Below are positions 33,100 to 46,329 of a stretch of 64,000 nucleotides of DNA, piece by piece. The notes below the pieces were generated by a model, which did not search any database, was not told the origin of the DNA, and was given only the letters and a program-made list of their open reading frames with translations. The stretch's first letter is position 1. Every line of letters starts with the position of its first letter. The stretch comes from Macrostomum hystrix (taxonomy: Eukaryota > Animalia > Platyhelminthes), in the NCBI GenBank assembly GCA_950097015.1, contig CATNEN010000033.1:2046001-2110000 (forward strand), read 5' to 3'. The position numbers and the translations under genes were made by a program.

Positions 33100-33482
33100 T
33101 CAGTTACACCCAGTCCAGATCTGTCACACACAGTCCAGATCTGTCACACCCAGTCCAGATCTGTCACACACAGTCCAGATCTGTCACACACAGTCCAGAT
33201 CTGTCACACCCAGTCCAGATCTGTCACACACAGTCCAGATCTGTCACACCCAGTCCAGATCTGTCACACCCAGTCCAGATCTGTCACACCCAGTCCAGAT
33301 CTGTCACACCCAGTCCAGATCTGTCACACCCAGTCCAGATCTGTCACACCCAGTCCAGATCTGTCACACACAGTCCAGATCTGTCACACCCAGTCCAGAT
33401 CTGTCACACACAGTCCAGATCTGTCACACCCAGTCCAGATCTGTCACACCCAGTTCAGATCTGTCACACCCAGTCCAGATCC
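33100..33482. repeat. 20-bp minisatellite (cagtccagatctgtcacacc)
   Basis: About 19 copies. Confidence 0.97.
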
Positions 33483-33581
33483 GACATCCAGTTCTAAGCC
33501 ATCAACTCAGTCCTGTCATCCTGCTGTCCCAACCGAATCAGACCTCATAGAAGGCCTCACTTTGCTGTCTGCGTTCCGCAG

Positions 33582-34433
33582 CCTCGTCCGCTGCACCTTG
33601 ACGAATCGCTGCTCCGGCGGTTGGTCGCACCTGTCGAGCTTCGTGATGTTCTGTTCACTGCGTACTCGCGCTTGGAACAGCTTCCAAACGTAAGAGCTGC
33701 CGTTGAAGGTCCCGCCGTCCTCCAGCTGTCCAACGGGGCAGATGTCCAGTGCAGCCTTGGCCAGCTGCCTCCGCTCATGCAGCGAGGCGAGGACGCTCTA
33801 GCCGGCTCCGTGACACGAACTGTGGATCGCAGGGTCTCCCACGACAATGGTCTAATCGACGGCCTCGCCGTGCTGACCGAACCAGGCAGCGGTCGGGTCC
33901 TGGCCTCGGCTCCGCTGCTGCCGCTGCGACAACTCAGCCAGGTGGCCTGCGTTGACGCCTTCCTTCGTCACCTTCCAGCTGAATCGGCTGGGCGCGTGGC
34001 CATCGTCGGCGAGTTTGACGGCGAAGACTTATCAAGCATCCGCGATTCGATTGTCAGCGTATCACCTGCCTTGTCCTGCTCCGACCTCGCCGAAGCCGAT
34101 GTCGTCATCTGTCGCTGCGTTGAAGCCTATCGCCGGTCGTTATCGTCGTCAAAGTTCGGCCGCTTCTGGCTCATCTTCGCGGCTGAGTCCGACGACCTGT
34201 CCGCCTTTCGTCCGTCGATCTGCGATCCGGTTCTACGAGGGCGTCTTCCTGCCGATGCTGCCGCCGCTGCCGCTGGGCTGTCTGGCTTATTCGGCGAAGC
34301 TCCCGATGATCGATTGACGGAGGTGGCGCTGGCTCTGGCAGCGCCATGCAGCACTCCGGTGTGCCTGGCTGTGTGCAAGTACGCCTTCGAGAAGTACCTG
34401 TCTACGGAGGGCCGGCCGGGCAATTTTTCTTAG
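33582..34433 (+). CDS. Uncharacterised protein, probable terminal exon; weak ornithine cyclodeaminase/mu-crystallin-like similarity
   Basis: Acceptor ttccgcag at 33581, then a GC-rich 283-codon open frame (PRPLHLDESLLRR...GNFS*). Upstream exon not found. The family hint is by eye only. Confidence 0.6.
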   Translation, partial: PRPLHLDESLLRRLVAPVELRDVLFTAYSRLEQLPNVRAAVEGPAVLQLSNGADVQCSLGQLPPLMQRGEDALAGSVTRTVDRRVSHDNGLIDGLAVLTEPGSGRVLASAPLLPLRQLSQVACVDAFLRHLPAESAGRVAIVGEFDGEDLSSIRDSIVSVSPALSCSDLAEADVVICRCVEAYRRSLSSSKFGRFWLIFAAESDDLSAFRPSICDPVLRGRLPADAAAAAAGLSGLFGEAPDDRLTEVALALAAPCSTPVCLAVCKYAFEKYLSTEGRPGNFS

Positions 34434-35316
34434 TCTCGCAGATGATTTCAGATCGATTGACACTGCCGTGCCGCTAATAATTTGATTGCTTCTTTATCGA
34501 ACCGATTGGAGTCATGGAATATGAAATCCTTAATTAAAGAAATATTCACAAGTTTACACAACAGAAAAAAAATTGATTGCTTTTGCCCCTTGCTTAATTT
34601 GTTGGTGATCGATGATAGGCAGCAAACAGCTCCTCCGAAGGAGGAGTTCCACTCGTCTTCTTAAAAGAAGTTATTTTTTCAAAACGTTATTCAAGGATCT
34701 CTTGCCTAGATTTTTTTCAGCAAAAAATCTTTTTACTTGAGGCTGATCCGAATGAAAATGTCACTCATTACAAACGAAAATGTTTTTACTTTATGCTATA
34801 CGAAGGGCCAAAAGACCGAGGCGAAACTCGCATGCTTTTGACAGTCAGCTCTGGCTTCAATTAACTCGTTGATTAACTTGGCTTAGGTTTAAGCACAGCA
34901 CTTTTTGTCGAAAAATGACATTGACAGAAAATTTTCACTTAGATCTAATTACCACAGGTTTGATTGTTGAGTCCTCTACGTGCTTGCCATATTCTCAAGC
35001 TCACGTTGGTCCCTGTGAGTAAAATCGGTCAATTAGTGTTTCCTAAATTCTGCCTGACTTTCGCCACGTGCGCCACTTTCTGACTTGATTTAAAAGTCGA
35101 GATAGAGGGGCCAAAATTAAAGTAAGTATTCATAGAGATTTCTTAGCATTCTATTCCTACAAAGTTGAATGCAGTAGCTTTCGAGGGTTGAGAAGAGCAG
35201 CAGGTGACGATAAGATAACTGTCTTTCTTAAATAGGACCGCACTATAGCGGTAAAGAGGGGCTCATTCTTGCTAAACAATTAGACTGAAATTGTCGAAGC
35301 CAAAACTAAGGTTGCA

Positions 35317-38300
35317 ATGAAGCAGCAATCTCTGATTATTATGCTGCTGCTGCCGCTGGTGTCAGTCAGTGCCCAGTCAACCAACGAGACCTCAGCTCGT
35401 CTCTGGTTCCACGAATTCGACTCGCAACTGGCCGTTGAGAAGAACAAAGTAGCGGAGGCCAGCTGGGCCAATGCCGTGAACATCACGGCTGAGAACGCGC
35501 GCCGGCTGGTGCAAATGAACCTGGCCCACACGGAGTTCCTCAGGACCAAGCGGGCCGAGATGCGCCGACTATTTGATTGGAAGAAATTTTCTGACAAGAA
35601 TCTCACTCGCCTGTTCGACAAGGCTGACGATATCGGCACCTCGGCTGCCAACGCCAGCATGCAGGAGAGGGTGAGGGCCAGAGCTTCTGCAAAAGTGTAT
35701 CTACAAGCTTTACTTTAGAGCCATTGCTATGAACAATAAGTTCACGAGCTGGCGGGCCGACTGTGCTCTCGTAGCTCACTACTTTAAGTAGGCAGTTTAG
35801 ACCGTTTAAATTTAACTCCCGCAGTTTGGCAGCTTGTCCACGCAAATGTCGGCCATCTACAGCACAGCCAGGGTGCCACATCCCGTTACTGGCAAGCTGA
35901 TGCCCCTGGACCCAGGTGAGAGCTGTACACTGATTGCTTCCCAATCCACAGCTTCCCAATCCACAGCTTCCCAATCCACAGCTTCCCTATCCATCCACTT
36001 GCAGACATCACCGACGCCCTGGCTGACCTGAAGACGCCTGAGTCAGTAAAGCGCGCTCTCTGGCAGGGCTGGCGAGACGCCTCGGGCAGGCGCATGCGCC
36101 AGAACTACACAGATTTTGTTGCCATTAGCAACGCCATGATCCGGGAGGCTGGCTACGCCAACATTGCCCAGTACTGGCAGTCCTGGTACGAGCCCCGGCC
36201 AGGCCAGAACTTCACGGACATGATGGCCAAACTCTGGGACGTGGCGCTGCCGTTCTATCAGCAGTTGCACGCCTACGTGCGGCGGAAGCTGCGCGCCGAG
36301 TACGGGGCGCACGTGTTCCCACCCACCGGCCAGATTCCGGCCCACATTCTGGGCAACATGTGGGCCCAGAGCTGGCTGGATGTTGAGAAGGTGACAACGC
36401 CATTTCCTGATCTCAATACGGTTGATATCACCGAGCAGATGCAGAAGCAGGTTGGTTCGTTGCTCCGTCTCTTGTCAATTCTGTCACCAATTAAATAGAA
36501 ATTGGATGCCCGTATCAAACGAGCGTATAATAAATATCATTTAATGTACATTTTGGTCAGAACTAGTGAGGTAGGGGGTGAGGTGGTTGCCCGAGATAAG
36601 TATGTGCATAGGACAGACTTGGTAGGCCTAAATGCGGGGAGTGAGGTGGTTGGTATGTACATAGGTCAGACTGGGATAGAGCTAGAGGCAAGGTGGTTAC
36701 CCGAGATGGCTTATGTGCAGAGGACAGGCTGGGATAGAGCTATCGATTGTACATAGTAAAGAATGTACAATCGTGCGCTTTGATCTCGTTTGATCTTGAA
36801 TGAAAGATTTTCATGAATAAAAAAAATAAAAAATACGCTCGTTCAATCAATACTATATAGTCAACAATAATAACCGATATTGGTTACATGATGAAATTTT
36901 ATTAGCAGAAAATGTATGCCTATAATTGTCGTTTTTGCCACCAGATACCTCGACTAGAACCGTTGAATATCTCGACGATGCCAATATTTTGTGGTTCTGG
37001 AAGTTATTTAATTGGATTTTCGTGGTAATTAGTTGAATATTTTGGGAGATTCAAAAAAAGGATAAATGTAGATTTTATATAACCCCGTGTCTTTCTACTG
37101 TTTAAAGTCTTTGGCAAAAATATTCTCCAATTAATGAGCAGGGATGGGACGCCACCAAAATGTTCCGAGTCAGCGAGGAATTCTTCACATCCATGGGCCT
37201 CGACGCCATGACTAGCACCTTCTGGAACAAGTCGGTGCTCACTCGCCTACCAGACGTGGAGATGGTCTGCCACGCCTCGGCCTGGGATTTCTATTCTAAC
37301 CGCGGTGACTTTCGCATCAAACAGTGCACCAGCATCACCATGGACTACTTGGGTACAACCCACCACGAGATGGGCCACGTGCAGTACTATCAGCAGTACC
37401 AGCATCAACCCGTGCTTTACAGGCGCGGCGCGAACCCTGGCTTTCACGAGGCCGTAGGCGACACACTGGAGCTGGCCGTGATGACGCCGGATCATCTGCT
37501 GAAGATAGGCCTCCTAAACAGAACTATCGATACCAAGGAGTACTACCTGAACTACCTGTTCCAGATGGCACTGCAGAAGGTGGCCTTCATTCCATTTGGC
37601 TACCTCATCGATCGCTGGCGTTGGCAAGCTTTCGAGGGCACCCTGGCGCCTGAAAACTATAACGAAGGCTGGTGGCAGCTGCGCTGCGGACTTCAGGTGC
37701 CAACAATCATTCTGAATACTTCAGCTTGAACCATCAAGCCTGAATCAGCAACCCTGAACCATGAAGCCTAAACCATGAACCATGAGCCCTAAACCATGAA
37801 CCTTGAACCCTAAACCCTGAATCATGAACCCTAAACCCTGAATCATGAACCCTAAACCCTGAACCATGAACCTTGAACCCTAAACCCTGAACCCTAAACC
37901 CTGAACCTTGAACCCTAAACCCTGAACCTTGAACCCTAAACCATGAACCATGAGCCCTAAACCATGAACCTTGAACCCTAAACCCTGAATCATGAACCCT
38001 AAACCCTGAATCATGAACCCTGAACCATGAACCTTGAACCCTAAACCCTGAACCCTAAACCCTGAACCTTGAACCCTAAACCTTGAACCCTAAACCATGA
38101 ACCTTGAACCCTAAACCATGAACCATGAGCCCTAAACCATGAACCATGAGCCCTAAACCATGAACCTTTAACCCTAAACCCTGAATCATGAACCCTAAAC
38201 CCTGAACCATGAGCCCAAAACCCTGAATCATGAACCCTAAACCCTAAACCATGAGCTTTGAACCATGAGCCCTGAGTCCTGAACCATGAGCCCTAAACCC

Positions 38301-41300
38301 TGAACCTTGAGCCCTAAACAACTTAACTGGAACTAAATTTATGTTAGGCGAACCTGAATTGTAAAATGCAGATTTTAATGATCCTGATCATAGCTGATGA
38401 TCAATCAAACAGGATTATAAACATTAAGAACACAATGCTGAAACCGCATCTCGCAGGGTATCGCCAGTCCGGTTCGCCGATCTGAGATCGACTTTGATCC
38501 CGGCGCGAAATTCCATGTGCCGGGCAACACTCCCTACATTCGCTACTTCGTGAGCCACTTCCTGCAGTTCCAGCTGTATGAGTCACTGTGCAACATCTCA
38601 GGCCACACTGGGCCTCTGTACCGCTGTGACTTCTACGGCAACAAACAGGCCGGAGATGCCCTCAAGTGAGTCCTGCTCGCATTTCAAGCTGTCTGTGTAA
38701 TTTGACTTTATTGCCTAGGAAAATCCACCAAATCTTCCCTTAGAAGTGTAAAATCAAAATATCGACTGTTTCCTTTCAGTCAGAGTTTAAACTCATGGGT
38801 CATTAAACTGTGGGTCATTAAACTGTGGGTCATTAAACTATGCGACATTAAACTGTGCGTCATTAAACTGTGGGTCATTAAACAGTGGGTCATTAAACTG
38901 TGGGTCATTAAACTGTGCGTCATTATCCTAAGAGTCATCAAACAGTGGGTCATTAAACAGTGGGTCATTAAACAGTGGGTCATTAAACAGTGGGTCATTA
39001 AACAGTGGGTCATTAAACAGTGGGTCATTAAACAGTGGGTCATTAAACAGTGGGTCATTTAACAGTGGGTCATTAAACAGTGGGTCATTAAACAGTGGGT
39101 CATTAAACTGTGCGTCATTATCCTAAGGGTCATCAAACTGTGGGGCATTATCCTGTGGGTCATTAAAAGTGGGTCAAAAACCCGTAGGTCATTAACCTGT
39201 GGGTCATGAACCCGTGGGTCATAAACTGTGGGTCATGATCCTGTGGGTCATTAAACTTTGGGTCATTAACCTGTGGCATCTCGAGTCATCAGCCAGAGTG
39301 TCATCTGTAGTCTAAAATGTTGGATATTTGGCTTTGCACTTTTATAGATGGATTATAAAATTTGATACAAAAAATGCGTTTAGAATTTTTTCATCGATTT
39401 CTGTCAGAAAAGCTGAACAGAATATTTGCCATAATTAGAAACATTTTTAACCACTGACATTTTTTTCTTAATTATTCACTAGAAAATTTGCAGGGCATTC
39501 GATCAGGATCATTCCCGATTCCAAGAAAACTATTATTCAAATAGCGCGCCACATTAAAAAAAACGTCTTAATAAATCATATTAAGAAACAAAAGACTAAA
39601 ATATAAGAGAATTTTATCGTCAACCCAGCGAGTTACCCAAGTCAGTTTGATTCAATGTGAGTCAGTTTGATTCAATGTGAGTCAGTTTGAGTCAATGTGA
39701 GTCAGTTTGAGTCAATGTGAGTCAGTTTGAGTCAATGTGAGTCAGTTTGAGTCAGTGTGAGTCAGTTTGAGTCAGTGTGAGTCAGTTTGAGTCAGTGTGA
39801 ATCAGTTTGAGTCAATGTGAATCAGTTTGAGTCAGTGTGAGTCAGTTTGAGTCAGTGTGAGTCAGTTTGAGTCAGTGTGAGTCAGTTTGAGTCAGTGTGA
39901 GTCAGTTTGAGTCAGTGTGAGTCAGTTTGAGTCAGTGTGAGTCAGTTTGAGTCAGTGTGAGTCAGTTTGAGTCAGTGTGAGTCAGTTTGATTCAATGTGA
40001 GTCAGTTTGAGTCAGTGTGAGTCAGTTTGAGTCAATGTGAGTCAGTTTGAGTCAGTGTGAGTCAGTTTGAGTCAGTGTGAGTCAGTTTGAGTCAATGTGA
40101 GTCAGTTTGAGTCAATGTGAGTCAGTTTGAGTCAGTGTGAGTCAGTTTGAGTCAGTGTGAGTCAGTTTGAGTCAAGTGTGAGTCAGTTTGAGTCAGTGTG
40201 AGTCAGTTTGAGTCAATGTGAGTCAGTTTGAGTCAATGTGAGTCAGTTTGAGTCAGTGTGAGTCAGTTTGAGTCAGTGTGAATCAGTTTGAGTCAATGTG
40301 AGTCAGTTTGAGTCAATGTGAGTCAGTTTGAGTCAATGTGAGTCAGTTTGAGTCAGTGTGAGTCAGTTTGATTCAATGTGAGTCAGTTTGAGTCAATGTG
40401 AGTCAGTTTGAGTCAGTGTGAGTCAGTTTGAGTCAATGTGAGTCAGTTTGAGTCAATGTGAATCAGTTTGAGTCAGTGTGAATCAGTTTGATTCAGTGTG
40501 AATCAGTTTGAGTCAGTGTGAGTCAGTTTGAGTCAATGTGAGTCAGTTTGAGTCAGTGTGAGTCAGTTTGAGTCAGTGTGAGTCAGTTTGAGTCAATGTG
40601 AGTCAGTTTGAGTCAATGTGAATCAGTTTGAGTCAGTGTGAGTCAGTTTGAGTCAGTGTGAATCAGTTTGAGTCAATGTGAGTCAGTTTGAGTCAGTGTG
40701 AATCAGTTTGAGTCAGTGTGAGTCAGTTTGAGTCAATGTGAGTCAGTTTGAGTCAGTGTGAGTCAGTTTGAGTCAGTGTGAGTCAGTTTGAGTCAGTGTG
40801 AGTCAGTTTGAGTCAGTGTGAGTCAGTTTGTGTCAATGTGAATCAGTTTGAGTCAGTGTGAGTCAGTTTGAGTCAGTGTGAGTCAGTTTGAGTCAGTGTG
40901 AGAACGCCTGACCAATTAAGCCAGAGTTGCCTTAGATTGAGTCGAAGTAAGCCGAATGGAGTAAATAAAATCGAACTCTGGCCCGCACAGGAAGCTGCTG
41001 GCCCATGGTTCCTCGCTGCACTGGGAGGCGGTCCTGCAGGAGCTTACCGGCTCCCCGGAGCTGCGCGCCGACTCTCTGGTCCGTTACTTCGCCGATCTGA
41101 ACACTTTCCTGACTGAGGAGAACAAGAAGAGCGGCGAGCGAGTCGGCTGGGAGGCCGCCTGCCCGCCTGCCGACTGGTACGACCTGGTCAGCAGCACGGA
41201 GCTTCCGGCTTCCACGACCACCAAAGGCTCCCCGCCGACTATCCGGCCTGCCAGCTCGGCCTGGTCGATTGTGATTGGCTGCGCCCTGTTTGCCCATAGA

Positions 41301-41333
41301 CTATTATTATCCGCTCAGGGATGCCTAATTTAA
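35317..41333 (+). CDS. ACE: Angiotensin-converting enzyme-like peptidase (M2 family), single domain, 6 exons, ~665 aa
   Basis: Exons 35317-35670, 35825-35915, 36005-36450, 37142-37696, 38457-38665 and 40991-41333 with consistent phases. Signal peptide, [25 protein letters not shown] (HEXXH), [25 protein letters not shown]; Ser/Thr-rich then hydrophobic C-terminus (possible GPI signal). Confidence 0.95.
37727..38320. repeat. 7-bp-based compound repeat (aacccta/aaccctg/aaccatg) in ACE intron 4
   Basis: Mosaic of CCCTAAA, CCCTGAA, CCATGAA and CCTTGAA heptamers. Confidence 0.9.
38790..39275. repeat. 15-bp minisatellite (agtgggtcattaaac) in ACE intron 5
   Basis: About 30 copies. Confidence 0.95.
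39640..40899. repeat. 20-bp minisatellite (gtcagtttgagtcagtgtga), a dimer of 10-mers, in ACE intron 5
   Basis: About 63 copies. Confidence 0.97.
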
Positions 41334-42129
41334 TATAAACCATAGACAAAACTCCGGGATTGTGTTAAATGATAACCTCGCAGTTTTATTATAGTCCCGC
41401 ATATGCTAAAAGAAGTGTCTATGGCCGAAATACAGCCGCGTCTTACAATTGGATGGGGCAGGAACACAGCTCTGAAAATTGTTGGGGTTGGGTGTAGGTT
41501 GTGGCGTCGAGGCCCCCACGTAATTGCAATAGACCAACGTTGCTGAAACAAAAACAGAAAATTTTTTACTTTTCGCAAAATGCGGCCCTGTTATATTCTA
41601 CTCTAATTGGCTGTTTTAGTCCTGTTTTAAGAGAGCCTTAAGTCCGGTTTAGGCCTGTTTCTACTATTAATTACGTACGTAGAAAGTGTTGTTGCATTCC
41701 ATCCTTACCAGTCTAATTAATCAGTTAAAATTGAGTGCTCAGATTCGCTAAACCAGGATTTTCCCGTCTTTAATTAGTTTTATGGTTTTTCACTAAGTTT
41801 GGTTTATTTTTCGGCGCAATATTTCCTTCCCTGCTACTGTGGTGCCACGCACTTTAGTTGCTGATGTTTGTTAAGAACCTGATTGTAAATATTTTGATTA
41901 TTAAATTGATTAACTGAGCAACAAAACATTGCCAAATATGTTGAGTTTTGTTTTAGAGGTAAAGCTCAAAGTCAAGCGCTTTTTGGATTCTAAAATAGTT
42001 GACAAGTTTTTTGTAAACAATTCCAAGTCAAGTTAATCTATTTCCTTTCATAAAGTCATGGATCAGTAACACGTGGGTCATAAAACCTTGAGTCTGTAAC
42101 CAGTGGCTCATCATTTTCTGAGCAACCGA

Positions 42130-42610
42130 CCCGTGGGTCATGAACCCGGGAGTCCTGAACCTGTGGGTCATGAACCTGTGGCTCATAAACATGTAGGTCA
42201 TAGACCTGTGGGTCATAAACATGTAGGTCATAGACCTGTGGGTCATAAACATGTAGGTCATAGACCTGTGGGTCATAAACATGTAGGTCATAGACCTGTG
42301 GGTCATGAACCTGTGGGTCATAGACCTGTGGGTCATAAACATGTGGGTCATGAACCTGTGGGTGATGAACCTGTTGGTCATGAACATGTGGTTCATGAAT
42401 TTGTGAAACATGAACCTGTGGGTCATGAACCTGTGGGTCATTAATTCCTGGGCCATGAACCTGTGGGCCATGAACCTGTGAGTCATTAATTCCTGGGCCA
42501 TGAACCTGTGGGTCATGAACCTGTGGGTCATGAACCTGTGGGTCATTAATTCCTGGGCCATGAACCTGTGGGTCATGAACCTGTGGGTCATTAATTCCTG
42601 GGCCATGAAC
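42130..42610. repeat. 15-bp minisatellite (tgaacctgtgggtca)
   Basis: Shares the tgtgggtca core with the 38790 array. Confidence 0.95.
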
Positions 42611-43097
42611 CAAACGAAGCAAGTCATTCAAATGTACACTCAGCTACCCGAAGCCGTTGTCGAGTCTCAAAATGAGGGCGGACTTTTAATTTCGACCGGT
42701 TGAAATTATTCTTTTTCTCTTCAACAAAAAATATGACCAAATTATGTCTACGGTCTGCTCATTTCCCATGATCTCGGCTGATTCTTAATTCCGCTTCTCT
42801 CTGATGTCGAACGCGCCTTACAACCCGACAGGGTCAATCTTTCATTCTGGCCCGTCTGCGCGGGAGACTGGCGGTAGAGCTGAGGGGACTCCCGCTGTGG
42901 GATGAATTATTCCTTTCCATTTCGCTGCTCTATTCCGAGCAGCGACTCCGGACAAGAGCGGCCTCTGGGGAGGCGGTGCCGTCCCGGACTAAAAAAGGAC
43001 TCAGCAACAGTCGGAAAGAGAGATTCACGAACAGTGCTCCGCGCAATTCTACTCCCGCCCGCTAAAGTATTAATAAACTATTCATACATACTTTATA

Positions 43098-43908
43098 GAC
43101 AGAGGGGAGAGTGGGGAGAGAGGGGAGAGTGGGGAGAGAGGAGAGAGTGGGGAGAGTAGGGAGAGAGGGGAGAGTGAGGAAAGAGGGGAGAGATGGAGAG
43201 GGGGAGAGTGAGGAAATAAGAGAGAGTGGGGGAGAGAGGGGAGAGAGGGGAGAGTGGGGAGAGAGGGGAGAGTGGGGAAAGAGGGGAGAGTGGGGAGAGA
43301 GGAGAGAGTGGGGAGAGTAGGGAGAGAGGGGAGAGTGAGGAAAGAGGGGAGAGATGGAGAGGGGGAGAGTGAGGAAATAAGAGAGAGTGGGGGAGAGAGG
43401 GGAGAGAGGGGAGAGTGGGGAGAGAGGGGAGAGTGAGGAAAGAGGGGAGAGTGAGGAAAGAGGGGAGAGATGGAGAGGGGGAGAGTGAGGAAATAAGAGA
43501 GAGTGGGGAGAGAGGGGAGAGAGGGGAGAGTGAGGAAAGAGGGGAGAGTGGGGAGATGGAGAGGGGGAGAGTGGGGAGAGATGGAGAGTGGGGAGAGTGG
43601 GGAGAGATGGAGAGGGGGAGAGTGGGGAGAGTGGGGAGAGATGGAGAGGGGGAGAGTGGGGAGAGATGGAGAGGGGGAGAGTGGGGAGAGATGGAGAGGG
43701 GGAGAGTGGGGAGAGATGGAGAGGGGGAGAGTGGGGAGAGATGGAGAGGGGGAGAGTGGGGAGAGATGGAGAGGGGGAGAGTGGGGAGAGATGGAGAGGG
43801 GGAGAGTGGGGAGAGATGGAGAGGGGGAGAGTGGGGAGAGATGGAGAGGGGGAGAGTGGGGAGAGATGGAGAGGGGGAGAGTGGGGAGAGATGGAGAGGG
43901 GGAGAGTG
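43098..43908. repeat. Purine-rich (G/A) repeat, 25-bp unit in the distal part
   Basis: Unit gagagtggggagagatggagagggg. Confidence 0.95.
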
Positions 43909-44460
43909 AGGACAGTGCTGCTAAACGAATGGATTCAGGATTCGGGTTCAGAATGAGGACTGGCAAAAAGCGCTGAAATAGAGAAGGCTGCAGAGAAAAG
44001 GATTTTTTTTAACAGTAGTTCGGGTATTGGGGATTAGGGAAAAATGTCGGAGTCAGCAGGCCAACCCTTGGTCTCCCAGCAATCTGATGCAGTCTATTGT
44101 TTTAATGAAAATATTCTTTTCGACTGAGCCGCATCAGGTGTAAGGACTTTGTGGACCCAGCCGCGTGTTTTCCTGCTGCTTTTCTCGGCGCCACCCTCCA
44201 CTGGCAGACGAGTCAGTGACACCGCTTCCTTTCGGCATTGGCGGGCACAGCGTGTGGGCGTCTGCTTTTTGCCAAAGCCTCTGGGGTTTGGGGCACGGAT
44301 TCAGCTCTTCTAGGCCATTGTCTTCAACTGCTGCAGTTCTAGAATAGCTTATTGTCTTCTGTCTGTTGTATTTTTGCTTTTTCATCTTGAAATCCAAGTG
44401 AATTGATTCGTGCGGAAAAATATATTTCCGACAATACTTTCAGATGACTGTCGTCTGTTA

Positions 44461-45708
44461 TTCACGGCTGCCACTGTTAGACACGGCTGCTACCTGTTAG
44501 ACACGGCTGCCACTGTTAGACACGGCTGCCACTGTTAGACACGACTGCTACTGTTAGACACGGCTGCTACCTGTTAGACATGGCTGCCACTGTTAGACAC
44601 GGCTGCTACCTGTTAGACACGGCTGCCACTGTTAGACACGGCTGCTACCTGTTAGACACGGCTGCTACCTGTTAGACACGGCTGCCACTGTTAGACATGG
44701 CTGCTACCTGTTAGACACGGCTGCTACTGTTAGACACGGCTGCTACCTGTTAGACACGACTGCTACCTGTTAGACACGGCTGCTACCTGTTAGACATGGC
44801 TGCTACCTATTAGACACGGCTGCAACCTGTTAGACACGGCTGCAACCTGTTAGACACGGCTGCAACCTGTTAGACACGGCTGCTACCTGTTAGACACGAC
44901 TGCCACTGTTAGACACGACTGCTACCTGTTAGACAAGGCTGCCACTGTTAGACAGGGTTTCTACTGTTAGACACGGCTGCTACTGTTAGACACGGCTGCC
45001 ACTGTTAGACACGGCTGCTCCTGTTAGACACGGCTGCCACTGTTAGACACGGCTGCTACCTGTTAGACATGGCTGCTACTGTTAGACACGGCTGCTACTG
45101 TTAGACACGGCTGCCACTGTTAGACACGGCTGCTACCTGTTAGACATGGCTGCTACCTATTAGACACGGCTGCAACCTGTTAGACACGGCTGCTACCTGT
45201 TAGACACGGCTGCTACCTGTTAGACACGACTGCCACTGTTAGACACGGCTGCCACTGTTAGACACGACTGCTACCTGTTAGACAGGGCTGCTACCTGTTA
45301 GACATGGCTGCTACCTATTAGACACGGCTGCAACCTGTTAGACACGACTGCTACCTGTTAGACAAGGCTGCCACTGTTAGACAGGGTTTCTACTGTTAGA
45401 CACGGCTGCCACTGTTAGACACGGCTGCCACTGTTAGACACGGCTGCCACTGTTAGACACGGCTGCTACTGTTAGACACGGCTGCCACTGTTAGACACGG
45501 CTGCCACTGTTAGGCACGGCTGCTACTGTTAGACAGGGTTTCTACTGTTAGACACGGCTGCTCCTGTTAGACACGGCTGCTCCTGTTAGACACGGCTGCT
45601 CCTGTTAGACACGGCTGCTCCTGTTAGACACGGCTGCTCCTGTTAGACACGGCTGCTACTGTTAGACACGGCTGCTCCTGTTAGACACGGCTGCTACCTG
45701 TTAGACAT
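44461..45708. repeat. 19/20-bp minisatellite (gttagacacggctgctacct)
   Basis: About 64 copies. Confidence 0.97.
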
Positions 45709-46329
45709 ATAACAATATATCTGTTGGCTGTTACACATGATAATCTACCTGATTTTAGAACAAACATGATTTGAGCATGGCCATCACTTTCAGCTAAAAA
45801 ATTCTGAGTTTTAGAAAATTCAGAAACGTTTTTTCGGGAGACTGTGCGAAACTTTTGCAACTAATGCGGCTGGGCGTGTTTTGTGTACTTTGAGCTTAAT
45901 CCGCTTAGGCGCGAGTACGAGGAACCGCTAGAGGGGCCAGAAGGAATTTAGGGAGAAAAACTCCGCTGATTCCTGCCCAGCCGCTAAGTTACTGAAGGGA
46001 CAGGGGATATCAGTGGGGATATGTGGGAAATGAGCCAGAGTGGCAAGACTGAACCGTCAGTTTCAGTTTTCTGTAGCTCATGAAAGTATTCTAGGCCCGC
46101 TCTTGTAAGCGCAAGGCTGTAGGGCCGCTCAGAGTTTTAGCTGGGAATGCAGAATCCGCATCCACGTTTTAATCATCGCCGCGATCCCTGACCTCTGAGG
46201 ATTTCTCTGGTCTGTGGGGCTTGTGAGAGGTCCATTTTGTCCCTTCTTTTTTCGGAACTTTGGAGCTACTTTACGAGACCACATTGCTGCTTCTGGGGCG
46301 AATACTCACGGAGCAGTCTCCAGTTCCAA

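Noticed and set aside
42828-43065. Possible exon GQSFILARLRGRLAVELRGLPLWDELF...
   Set aside because: An open frame with an acceptor exists, but there is no recognisable homology or partner exon.
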